Source: Legionella sp. (GTDB taxonomy: Bacteria > Pseudomonadota > Gammaproteobacteria > Legionellales > Legionellaceae). From it: a DNA stretch of 64,000 nucleotides. The translations under genes and the position numbers were made by a program. Where the stretch lies: the NCBI RefSeq assembly GCF_965140895.1, contig NZ_CBCSKT010000163.1, positions 19,425-83,424 on the forward strand, given 5' to 3'. The notes beneath the pieces were generated by a model, which was not told the DNA's origin, made no database searches, and saw nothing but the letters and a program-made list of their open reading frames with translations. Of this stretch, positions 10,205 to 19,207 are shown one piece after another (position 1 is the stretch's first letter; the number at the start of each line of letters is the position of its first letter).

Positions 10205-10305
10205 ATCATCCTGTGGATGTGTATGACAAAGTCTCTCCTGAATGAGGCATTGTTTAGATTTATGATGCCTCATTCAAGAGAGTCCTTACTCTATTCGGGA
10301 TGACC
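10205..10305. repeat. MITE/REP-like element, copy B
   Basis: Shares ATCATCCTG..GGA..ATGA..CTCTCCTGAATG..ATT ... GGGATGACCT with copy A at 1920-1997. Its central palindrome is longer: about 19-bp arms at 10232-10281. Confidence 0.5.
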
Positions 10306-10323
10306 TGTATTATCGTGATGTGC

Positions 10324-10360
10324 CCCATATTAGCTGCACTAATATGGGCTATGTTTTTTT
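10324..10360 (+). terminator. Intrinsic-terminator-like hairpin plus T7 on the + strand (the flanking genes are on the - strand)
   Basis: A 10-bp perfect stem, CCCATATTAG (10324-10333) with CTAATATGGG (10339-10348), a 5-nt loop, then T7 at 10354-10360. The stem belongs to the CCC(G/A)TATTA repeat family. Confidence 0.35.
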
Positions 10361-10796
10361 AGTTTTGGTGTTCTACTGTATTCGGATGAACAATTACTTT
10401 AGCACCAGAAGGTGTCGGTTGACTCGCTGGACGTGGGTTGGCCGCAGGCCCTTGTGGACGCACCTGAACGTGGGGTTGTGGTCGTGCTTGTGGCTGGCGA
10501 GGATTAATAACTACCACTTGTCCACCGTGTCTAGCGCCATGGGCATGGGCATTGCCATTTCCATGAACATTAACAGGGGCTTGATATACACGAGCTTGAG
10601 GAGCTGGTCGGTAACCATGACGATGATGGCGAGAACCGTGATCATCGTGATCATAATGACGATGCTCTTCATAACGATGTATTTCAACATAAGGTGGAGG
10701 TGGTGGCGCATAATAACCTGGTTCGTAATATGCCCCCTCAGAAACACAAGAAGACAGCAAAGGTAATAACAACATACAAGGTATTAAACGTTTCAT
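10359..10796 (-). CDS. His/Pro-rich lipoprotein, function unknown (possible periplasmic metal-binding protein)
   Basis: The ATG at 10796 has a GGAG 7 nt upstream. Lipobox LLSSC. His-rich stretches HRYEEHRHYDHDDHGSRHHRHGY and HGNGNAHAHGARHGG. Confidence 0.6.
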   Translation of the reverse strand: MKRLIPCMLLLPLLSSCVSEGAYYEPGYYAPPPPPYVEIHRYEEHRHYDHDDHGSRHHRHGYRPAPQARVYQAPVNVHGNGNAHAHGARHGGQVVVINPRQPQARPQPHVQVRPQGPAANPRPASQPTPSGAKVIVHPNTVEHQN

Positions 10797-10878
10797 TGGA
10801 CTACTCCACATATACAAAAAAAGGAAGTTACACCTAAATGCAACTTCCCTATTAATAAACTTTTTAACTTATCAAAAA

Positions 10879-11304
10879 TTATCGGCGCGATATTTCAGCT
10901 TTAACACCATTTTTCAGAAAAGGAACAACGTGAATAGTACTGTCTACGTTAGTCCAACCAGAATAAACAACTCCGTATGGAGATTGAATTGTCAGGTACA
11001 TACCGCTATGGCAGTAGAAATAGTAGAATAAGTTAATATAATGAGGCGCTTCGTAACGATAAATACTGAAATCAATTGTGCTGCCATCATCAAAAGTTCC
11101 ATACACATAAACGTCAGTGAAACTATCGTTTATAATTTCGATTTGGCAATAGCCAGGAAACGTAATTTCTTTAGATATAGACTTTTTATCAGCCGCATCT
11201 GCCTTTGGATGCATATGTGCAGTCACTGCAAAAAGATTGCTAAAGAAGCCTAAACAAATTACAAACAGCAAGGACTTCAACTTCATGGTTTTCCCCTTTT
11301 TCAT
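10879..11304 (-). CDS. Small secreted protein, unknown function
   Basis: Signal-peptide-like N-terminus MKKGKTMKLKSLLFVICLGFFSNLFA and an aromatic-rich mature part. No family recognised. Confidence 0.55.
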   Translation of the reverse strand: MKKGKTMKLKSLLFVICLGFFSNLFAVTAHMHPKADAADKKSISKEITFPGYCQIEIINDSFTDVYVYGTFDDGSTIDFSIYRYEAPHYINLFYYFYCHSGMYLTIQSPYGVVYSGWTNVDSTIHVVPFLKNGVKAEISRR

Positions 11305-11576
11305 TATGAAAGCGGCATAGTAGCAAAGTATTGTATTTAGTCAATAGGTTTTTTTTGTAACCACGTTCCAGCTTACCAACATGGTGAAAACTTAAATAAT
11401 GATATCTTAACCTTTGACCACTGCAACAAAGAACATTGTGTGTCACAAAGAAAGAACAAAGTATCATGGCCAATGCAATCTATTGTCAACACATTAAATA
11501 AAATTAATATAATTGAGAGAATTAACGCCCCCTTTCGTGATATATTTGGCCAGTTTTAAATTTGTAGGGGCACCTA

Positions 11577-12839
11577 ATGAAAAAACGTTTGACTATCATG
11601 GGCATTGCCCTATTGGTTGTTTTCGGTGGAATTATTGCTTTTAATTTCATTAAGGCATTTATGATTAAGCGGTTTTTTGCCAGCTATCAGCCCCCTGCGG
11701 TTGCGGTTGCATCTGCTGTTGCCAAAGAGATAAATTGGGTTCCCACGCTGAATGCTGTAGGCAATTTCGTTGCGCTAAATGGTGTGGATCTAGGTTCCCA
11801 AGCATCGGGAAATGTGATTAAAATTGATTTTGAATCAGGGCAGTATGTCGAGAAAGGCGCCCCATTAGTTACTTTGGATGATTCCATTGATCAAGCTGTT
11901 CTAAAATTTAACCAATCAGATCTGGCGCTGAAAACACTTAGTTACAAACGTCAATCCGATTTGTTTAAGCGCGGAGCAACGCCAATTTCCAGTGTAGATG
12001 AAGCCAAAGCAATGCTTGATCAAGCACAAGCAAAGGTTGATCAAACACAAGCGCAAATTAATCAAAAACATATTACTGCGCCATTTTCAGGCCGTTTAGG
12101 CATCCGCCAAGTCAATGTGGGTCAGTTTGTTAATCCAGGACAAACGACAATTGTTTCATTACAATCATTAGATCCACTATATTTAGACTTTTATCTTCCA
12201 GAGCAACTGTATAAAAAAGTACATCCGAACCAAATCATTACCTTTTCTCTAGAACAGTTTCCTGACCTCCTTTTTGAAGCTAAAGTTTCAGCGGTTAACT
12301 CTAAAGTAGATCTCAATACGCATAACGTTCTAGTGCAAGGTGTGCTCGCGAACTGTCCTGCGAGCGCGATTAAAAATCCAATAGGCTCGCCACTGGTTAA
12401 AACCCATCAGGAAGCCAATAGCAGTAAACAAATTGTTTCTTGTAGTACTGAAACCAATGCCCAAAATAAAGTACAAAAATATGCTTTTGTGCCTGGGATG
12501 TTTGCCGCAATTGAAATTGAACAAGCAGCAAAAGCACATACCGTTGTAGTGCCATCAACAGCAATTTCCTACAGCCTCTACGGTAACTCGGTTTACATCA
12601 TTGAAAAAGATAAAGAAGGTAAGAAAAATCCAGATGGTTCCGACCTGCTTACTGTAAATCGTGTATTTGTCACTATTGGTGAACAACGTGGAAATTACAC
12701 CGTAATTAAAAAAGGAGTAAAAGCAGGACAACCTGTTGTTAGTGCCGGAGAGGTCAAACTACAAAACGGTACTCCTGTTGTAATCAATAATGAAGTCAGA
12801 CTCAACGATACCAGCAATCCCAATCTGCTGGGGCAATAA
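11577..12839 (+). CDS. RND efflux periplasmic adaptor subunit (membrane fusion protein, MdtA/AcrA-like)
   Basis: N-terminal TM anchor, HlyD-type coiled-coil hairpin (QAQAKVDQTQAQINQKHITAPFSGRLG), and a position immediately upstream of the RND permease. Confidence 0.85.
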   Translation: MKKRLTIMGIALLVVFGGIIAFNFIKAFMIKRFFASYQPPAVAVASAVAKEINWVPTLNAVGNFVALNGVDLGSQASGNVIKIDFESGQYVEKGAPLVTLDDSIDQAVLKFNQSDLALKTLSYKRQSDLFKRGATPISSVDEAKAMLDQAQAKVDQTQAQINQKHITAPFSGRLGIRQVNVGQFVNPGQTTIVSLQSLDPLYLDFYLPEQLYKKVHPNQIITFSLEQFPDLLFEAKVSAVNSKVDLNTHNVLVQGVLANCPASAIKNPIGSPLVKTHQEANSSKQIVSCSTETNAQNKVQKYAFVPGMFAAIEIEQAAKAHTVVVPSTAISYSLYGNSVYIIEKDKEGKKNPDGSDLLTVNRVFVTIGEQRGNYTVIKKGVKAGQPVVSAGEVKLQNGTPVVINNEVRLNDTSNPNLLGQ

Positions 12840-12922
12840 AAGATAACGTAAAGCCCCTTAATACTTGGGTTAGGAATTAATTCTTAACCCAGAAAATGAA
12901 TTACTTTTTGTCAGGATAATTT

Positions 12923-15900
12923 ATGAAATTTACCGATCTTTTTATCAAGCGGCCTGTACTTGCCATGGTAATTAGCTTGCTCATTTTCCTGTTTGGCCTC
13001 AATGCCATGCATGACATGCAAATTCGCCAATATCCTCGTATGGATAACACCGTTATTACTATTATGACTGGATACCCTGGCGCAGATGCCGATCTGATCG
13101 CAGGGTTTATCACCTCACCATTAGAAAATGCCGTTGCCAGTGCTGAAGGGATTGATTACATGACCTCATCAAGCACCCAGGGCATGAGTACGATTACCCT
13201 AAACATCAAATTAAACTTTGATCCACAAGTCGCCTTTACTGACGTAATGAGTAAAGTGCAGCAAACCATTAACCAGCTGCCTAAAGAAGCGCAGCAACCC
13301 GTCATTTTAAAAGCCTCAGACTCATCAACCGCCTTGATGTACATCAGCTTAGACAGTACGGAAATGACACCTCAACAAATCACCGACTATGCAACCCGTG
13401 TGGTGCAACCACAATTGCAAACCGTTGATGGTGTAGCTAAAGCAGAAATTCTCGGGGGATCTACCTACTCCATGAGAATATTCCTCAACCCCGTAAAAAT
13501 GGCTGCTTTAAATGTGGCACCTTCCGATGTTTCCGCAGCGCTTGCGAAAAATAACTTCTTAACCGCAGCGGGAAATACTAAGGGCGAATACGTAGCGCTG
13601 AGCATCACCGCCAAAACCGACCTGAATGATGCCTCACAATTTAGTAACCTTATTGTTAAAAGCGATAAAGGTTCCATTGTGCGTTTACATGATATCGCTA
13701 AAGTTAAATTAGGCTCACAAAGCTATGACACCTCAGTAACCTTTAATAGTAAAAAAGCCGTATTCATTTCGATTACTCCAACACCAACAGCAAACCCATT
13801 AACGGTAATCAGTGATGTACGCACGCTTATGCCGTCAATTACCAAGGAGTTTCCACCTTCATTAACCGGCACCATCGTTTATGACGCGACAGACTTTATT
13901 CGTGCCTCATTAGATGAAGTAACCCATACCATTATTGAAGCAGCCGCCATTGTTATTGTGGTAATTTATTTGTTCTTAGGTTCCATGCGTTCCGTCTTTA
14001 TTCCTATTGTAACAATTCCATTATCGCTCGTTGGTGTTTGTACCCTAATGCTCATGTTAGGTTACAGTATTAACCTGCTTACCCTACTCGCCTTTGTACT
14101 CGCAATTGGCTTGGTGGTCGATGATGCCATTGTGGTCGTGGAGAATATCCATCGACACATTGAAGAAGGCAAGACACCTTTTGACGCGGCAATTATTGGT
14201 GCCCGAGAAATTGCCACTCCAGTTATTGCAATGACCATCACCTTGGCTGCGGTTTATGCACCAATTGGCTTTATGGGGGGATTAACTGGAGCTTTATTTA
14301 AAGAGTTTGCATTTACACTAGCCTGTGCGGTAATTATTTCCGGACTTATTGCATTAACCTTATCGCCAATGATGTGCTCTAAAGTACTAACAGCGGATAT
14401 TGGTAGTGGCAAATTCGTCCATTTTCTTGACACCGTTTTTAATAAGCTAAAAGAAAAATACCAGCGCATTCTCCACAGTCTATTAGACACCCGAATCATT
14501 ATGCTGCCATTTGCCGCCATAGTGATTTTAATGCTGCCTTATCTTTATACGCATAGTGCTGCAGAAACGGCTCCAGAGGAAGACCAAGGCTTCTTCTTTG
14601 TCATCGGAACGGCACCGCAATTTGCAACAATCAACTATATTGAAGCATTTACGAAGCCATTTGATGACATCTATAAAAGCTTCCCAGAAACTGGGAACTA
14701 CTTTACGGTAAATAGCAGTCAACCTGTTTCTGGAATGGTACTCAAGCCATGGAATGAACGTAAGAAAAGCCAATTTGAGTTAAAGCAGCCCTTGCAAGAT
14801 AAATTATCTCATGTGGCCGGCTTAAATACCTTCGCGATTATCCCCCCTCCCCTTCCCGGTGGAGGTAGTGGTACTCCAGTGCAATTTGTGATTAAAACGA
14901 CAAACGACTTCCAAAGTCTATTTGAAATTTCTAATCAGCTCGCGGAGAAAGCAAGAAATAGCGGTATGTTTATTTATGTCGATAACTCGCTGAAATTCAA
15001 CCAACCACAAATCGAGTTAAAGATTAACCGCGCGAAAGCATCCGAAATGGGATTAGACATGCAAGCGGTAGGAAGCAGTTTAACCAGCGCACTTTCAGGT
15101 AATTACGTAAATTACTTCAATTTGCAGGGACGTAGCTATCAGGTTATCCCTCAACTGGATCGCTCATTCCGCATGTCACCGGAGCAACTTGGTCGTATTT
15201 ATGTGAAAAGCATTAGTGGTACGATGGTCCCTCTTTCTACCGTAGTTACCGCTGAGGAAAAAACCGCGCCTAATGCGGCCACTCATTTCCAACAGCTTAA
15301 TTCAGCGACTATCCAGGCAATTATGATGCCAGGAAAAACTTTAGGTGAGGGTTTGCATTTCTTACAAGAAGCAGCAAATGAAACCTTACCCAAAGGCTTT
15401 TCTTCCGATTATGGTGGTGCATCAAGACAATTTATGCAGGAAGGTAATGCGTTATTATTTGCATTTGTCTTCGCAATTATCATCATTTTCTTGGTTCTAT
15501 CAGCTCAGTATGAAAGCTTCCGTGATCCATTAATCGTTTTAATTAGCGTACCTATGTCGATTTGCGGTGCCCTAATCCCGTTAAACTTAGGTCTGGCAAG
15601 CATTAACATCTACACTCAGGTAGGTTTAATTACCTTAATTGGATTAATCTCCAAACATGGAATTCTGATTGTAGACTTTGCCAACCAATTGCAACGAGAA
15701 AAAAATCTGGATCGTCGTGCCGCAGTAGAAGAAGCAGCAGGAATACGATTAAGACCTATTCTAATGACGACTGCAGCTATGGTGTTTGGTGTATTACCAC
15801 TCTTAATTGCTAGTGGAGCAGGAGCAGTAAGCCGTTTTGATATCGGTTTGGTTATTGCTGCCGGACTTTTAATTGGTACCTGCTTTACCTTATTTGTAGT

Positions 15901-15976
15901 ACCAACTATGTACACTTATATTGCCGAAGATCATCGTACTAAAAAGGACGACGATCTAGTGTCCGAGGGGGCCTAG
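12923..15976 (+). CDS. RND multidrug efflux permease (AcrB/MdtB-like, HAE1)
   Basis: 1017 aa. N-terminus MKFTDLFIKRPVLAMVISLLI, conserved VVDDAIVVVENI segment, and 12-TM architecture. Confidence 0.9.
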   Translation: MKFTDLFIKRPVLAMVISLLIFLFGLNAMHDMQIRQYPRMDNTVITIMTGYPGADADLIAGFITSPLENAVASAEGIDYMTSSSTQGMSTITLNIKLNFDPQVAFTDVMSKVQQTINQLPKEAQQPVILKASDSSTALMYISLDSTEMTPQQITDYATRVVQPQLQTVDGVAKAEILGGSTYSMRIFLNPVKMAALNVAPSDVSAALAKNNFLTAAGNTKGEYVALSITAKTDLNDASQFSNLIVKSDKGSIVRLHDIAKVKLGSQSYDTSVTFNSKKAVFISITPTPTANPLTVISDVRTLMPSITKEFPPSLTGTIVYDATDFIRASLDEVTHTIIEAAAIVIVVIYLFLGSMRSVFIPIVTIPLSLVGVCTLMLMLGYSINLLTLLAFVLAIGLVVDDAIVVVENIHRHIEEGKTPFDAAIIGAREIATPVIAMTITLAAVYAPIGFMGGLTGALFKEFAFTLACAVIISGLIALTLSPMMCSKVLTADIGSGKFVHFLDTVFNKLKEKYQRILHSLLDTRIIMLPFAAIVILMLPYLYTHSAAETAPEEDQGFFFVIGTAPQFATINYIEAFTKPFDDIYKSFPETGNYFTVNSSQPVSGMVLKPWNERKKSQFELKQPLQDKLSHVAGLNTFAIIPPPLPGGGSGTPVQFVIKTTNDFQSLFEISNQLAEKARNSGMFIYVDNSLKFNQPQIELKINRAKASEMGLDMQAVGSSLTSALSGNYVNYFNLQGRSYQVIPQLDRSFRMSPEQLGRIYVKSISGTMVPLSTVVTAEEKTAPNAATHFQQLNSATIQAIMMPGKTLGEGLHFLQEAANETLPKGFSSDYGGASRQFMQEGNALLFAFVFAIIIIFLVLSAQYESFRDPLIVLISVPMSICGALIPLNLGLASINIYTQVGLITLIGLISKHGILIVDFANQLQREKNLDRRAAVEEAAGIRLRPILMTTAAMVFGVLPLLIASGAGAVSRFDIGLVIAAGLLIGTCFTLFVVPTMYTYIAEDHRTKKDDDLVSEGA

Positions 15977-15988
15977 AATAGTCAAATC

Positions 15989-16030
15989 GTAGCTCGTATT
16001 AAACGTAATCGTAATACGAGCTACATTTTG
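15989..16030 (+). terminator. Rho-independent terminator / REP hairpin after the RND permease
   Basis: A 13-bp perfect stem, GTAGCTCGTATTA (15989-16001) with TAATACGAGCTAC (16012-16024), a 10-nt loop, then ATTTTG. Confidence 0.6.
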
Positions 16031-16130
16031 TACCAATCCAATTACTCAGCATCACAAAATCCCTTGAACCATGTAAAATCCCCCCTAACCTGTGGTATTA
16101 TCTTTGGTTTTATCAGTACAGGTTTATATC

Positions 16131-18899
16131 ATGGATAAAATCTACTCTCCCGAAGCGATTGAAAGCGCATGTTATAAAACATGGGAAAGCCATCACTACT
16201 TTCAACCTCAAGGAGACGGCAAAAAATACTGTATTATGCTCCCTCCTCCGAATGTGACAGGAAGCCTGCACATGGGACATGGTTTTCAACATACCATTAT
16301 GGATGCCTTAACTCGTTATCACCGCATGTTAGGCGACAAAACCTTATGGCAACCTGGTACTGACCACGCAGGTATTTCAACACAATTGGTTGTTGAACGC
16401 CGATTAGAAGCCAATGGCATTTATAGAAAAGATTTAAGCCGTGAAGAATTCCTGGAACGCGTATGGCAATGGAAAGAAGAATCCGGTAATACCATCACCC
16501 AACAAATGCGACGTTTAGGTGCTTCTGTTGATTGGACTAGAGAACGCTTCACCATGGATGAAGGTTTATCAGCTGCGGTCCAAAAAGTATTCGTACAGCT
16601 TCATGATGAAGGCTTAATTTATCGTGGAACTCGCTTGGTTAACTGGGATCCTAAATTAGGAACCGCGGTATCAGATCTGGAAGTATTATCTGAAGAAGAA
16701 GATGGTTTTTTATGGCATATTCGTTACCCTGTTGTAGACTCTACTGAGTCATTAATTGTTGCCACTACTCGTCCTGAAACCTTGCTCGGCGACACTGCAG
16801 TTGCAGTAAACCCTGAGGATGAGCGCTTTAAGCATTTAATTGGCAAGCAGTTACAATTACCACTTTGCGATCGCACCATCCCCATCATTGCCGATGACTA
16901 TGTTGATAAAGAATTTGCTAGTGGTTGCGTTAAAATCACCCCAGCCCATGACTTTAATGACCATGAAGTTGGGAAACGCCATCAACTACCAGTAATCAAT
17001 ATCTTTACCAAAAAAGCATTAATTAACAAAAATGCTCCATTAAAATATCAAGGCATGGACCGATTTGTTGCGCGTGAACAAATTATTAAAGATTTGGAAG
17101 CAGAAGGCTTCTTAGTTAAAACTGAAGCGCATAAATTAAAAGTGCCTCGTGGTGAAAAATCTAATGTTATCATTGAACCTCTATTAACCGATCAATGGTA
17201 TGTAAAAATCCAACCATTAGCCGAACCTGCTATTGCTGCGGTTAAAAATGGGGAAATTCGTTTTATCCCAGAAAACTGGAGCAAAACTTATTTTCAATGG
17301 ATGGAAAATATTGAAGATTGGTGCATTAGCCGTCAATTATGGTGGGGGCATCGTATCCCAGCCTGGTACGACAGCAACGGTAATGTTTATGTAGGTTACA
17401 GTGAAAATGATGTTCGCTTCAAATACAAGATTAAAGAAGGCACCCTGTTAAAACAGGATGAAGATGTTCTGGATACCTGGTTCTCCTCTGCCCTATGGCC
17501 TTTTTCAACCTTAGGCTGGCCGGAACGTACTCCAGAACTGGAACAGTTCTACCCTACTTCGGTATTAGTCACAGGTTTTGACATTATCTTCTTCTGGGTT
17601 GCGCGCATGATTATGATGGGTCTAAAGTTCACTGGAAAAGTTCCTTTTAAAGACGTATACATTACTGGCCTAATCCGTGATAACGAAGGTCATAAAATGT
17701 CTAAATCAAAAGGTAATGTGTTAGATCCACTTGACCTGATTGATGGTATTGATTTGGATTCACTGCTCGAAAAGCGTACCTCCAATCTGATGTTGCAATC
17801 CGTTCGCGATAAAATTATTAAAGCGACTCGCAAAGAATTTCCTGAAGGCATTAACGCCTATGGAACGGATGCGTTGCGCTTTACTTATTGCTCATTAGCA
17901 TCAACTGGACGTAATGTCCGTTTTGATGTGGCCCGTGTAGAAGGCTATCGTAATTTCTGTAATAAATTATGGAATGCTGCCCGTTATGTATTGTTAAATA
18001 CAGATGAAGAGCAAGTTGATTTCGGAGATGGTCCATTCCAATACAGCCCAGCAGATCAGTGGATTTTATCCCGCTTACAACGAACCATTAGCAAGGTACA
18101 TCATTATTTTGAAACCTATCGCTTTGATTTGTTAGCCAATACTGTTTATGAATTCGTCTGGCATGAATACTGTGACTGGTACCTGGAATTATCCAAGCCC
18201 ATCCTCCATGATGAGCATGCACTAGCTCCATTAAAACGCGGTACTCGTAAAACCTTGTTCCACGTATTGGATCAAATCCTGAAGCTACTGCATCCATTAA
18301 TGCCTTTCATTACCGAAGAAATTTGGCAACGTACGTCAAAACTCACCAACGAGAATGGCAATGCTAGCATCATGCTAAGCAGCTATCCTCAAGTGGATGA
18401 AGAATTCCTCAATGATACCATTGAAGAAGAATTGGAATGGCTAAAATCTGCAATCCAAGCAATACGTACTATTCGTAGTGAGATGTCGATTTCCCCAGGA
18501 AAACAAATCCCATTGTATGTTCGTAACTACACTCCTGAACTCAAAGAACGTATGGAAAAGTATCAGCATACATTAAAAGCTTTAAGCAAGTTAACACAAA
18601 TTAACTACTTGGAAGCTGGCGAAAAACCCCCTGTTTCTGCTACTGCAGTACTAGGAGAAATTGAGCTTTTAATTCCAATGGCTGATTTAATTGATAAGGA
18701 AGCAGAGTTAGCTCGCCTAGCTAAAGAATTAGCAAAGCTGGAAAAAGACATTAACTTGGCCTCAGGTAAATTAGATAACCCTAAATTTACGGATAAAGCG
18801 CCTCCTGAAATTATTACGAAAGAACAGGAAAAACTGGCTCAAGCACAACAAGCTAAAGAAAAGCTGTTACAACATAAGATTCGTATTGCATCGTTGTAA
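16131..18899 (+). CDS. valS: Valine--tRNA ligase
   Basis: HMGH ([14 protein letters not shown]) and KMSKS motifs plus the C-terminal coiled coil. I prefer the ATG at 16131 ([11 protein letters not shown]) over the upstream track start. Confidence 0.95.
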   Translation: MDKIYSPEAIESACYKTWESHHYFQPQGDGKKYCIMLPPPNVTGSLHMGHGFQHTIMDALTRYHRMLGDKTLWQPGTDHAGISTQLVVERRLEANGIYRKDLSREEFLERVWQWKEESGNTITQQMRRLGASVDWTRERFTMDEGLSAAVQKVFVQLHDEGLIYRGTRLVNWDPKLGTAVSDLEVLSEEEDGFLWHIRYPVVDSTESLIVATTRPETLLGDTAVAVNPEDERFKHLIGKQLQLPLCDRTIPIIADDYVDKEFASGCVKITPAHDFNDHEVGKRHQLPVINIFTKKALINKNAPLKYQGMDRFVAREQIIKDLEAEGFLVKTEAHKLKVPRGEKSNVIIEPLLTDQWYVKIQPLAEPAIAAVKNGEIRFIPENWSKTYFQWMENIEDWCISRQLWWGHRIPAWYDSNGNVYVGYSENDVRFKYKIKEGTLLKQDEDVLDTWFSSALWPFSTLGWPERTPELEQFYPTSVLVTGFDIIFFWVARMIMMGLKFTGKVPFKDVYITGLIRDNEGHKMSKSKGNVLDPLDLIDGIDLDSLLEKRTSNLMLQSVRDKIIKATRKEFPEGINAYGTDALRFTYCSLASTGRNVRFDVARVEGYRNFCNKLWNAARYVLLNTDEEQVDFGDGPFQYSPADQWILSRLQRTISKVHHYFETYRFDLLANTVYEFVWHEYCDWYLELSKPILHDEHALAPLKRGTRKTLFHVLDQILKLLHPLMPFITEEIWQRTSKLTNENGNASIMLSSYPQVDEEFLNDTIEEELEWLKSAIQAIRTIRSEMSISPGKQIPLYVRNYTPELKERMEKYQHTLKALSKLTQINYLEAGEKPPVSATAVLGEIELLIPMADLIDKEAELARLAKELAKLEKDINLASGKLDNPKFTDKAPPEIITKEQEKLAQAQQAKEKLLQHKIRIASL

Positions 18900-18908
18900 A
18901 ATGTCCCC

Positions 18909-18936
18909 ATAGGCTGAGCTGTCAAGCCCAGCCTAT
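18909..18936 (+). terminator. Hairpin downstream of valS
   Basis: ATAGGCTGAGC/GCCCAGCCTAT stem (10 of 11 bp) with a 6-nt loop, followed by ATTTCT. The T-tract is weak. Confidence 0.4.
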
Positions 18937-19207
18937 ATTTCTCAAACCTACCTAATGACTGTATAAACTAGTAATAACGTTCATAATGCTTATATTTTAG
19001 AATTTTGACCAAATATAGACCAATTCAAACTGTCCTTTGTCATTATCGAGAAGGGGAGAAATGGTTAGCCTGTGCTGCTCTACCAGCTTCCCTAGCCTTA
19101 TATGGTTTAGGCTTATTTTCTTTCAAAACCAAATCAGAACGTGATGAAATTTAACTAGAGATCAAATGTGGATCGGGCCATGGTCCGACAATGGGCCAGA
19201 CCTACAT

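Noticed and set aside
10320-10766. 148-aa plus-strand ORF, and the 78-aa minus-frame ORF at 10511-10747, overlapping the His-rich lipoprotein gene
   Set aside because: Both are mirror-image low-complexity translations (Trp/Arg/Met-rich). The lipoprotein frame has a GGAG RBS, a lipobox and sensible boundaries.
19005-19103. A TM-like reading frame (..WLACAALPASLALYGLGLFSFKTKSERDEI) downstream of valS
   Set aside because: There is no ATG or GTG in frame; the only candidate is a TTG at 19005 without an RBS. It is below the size at which I can support a gene.
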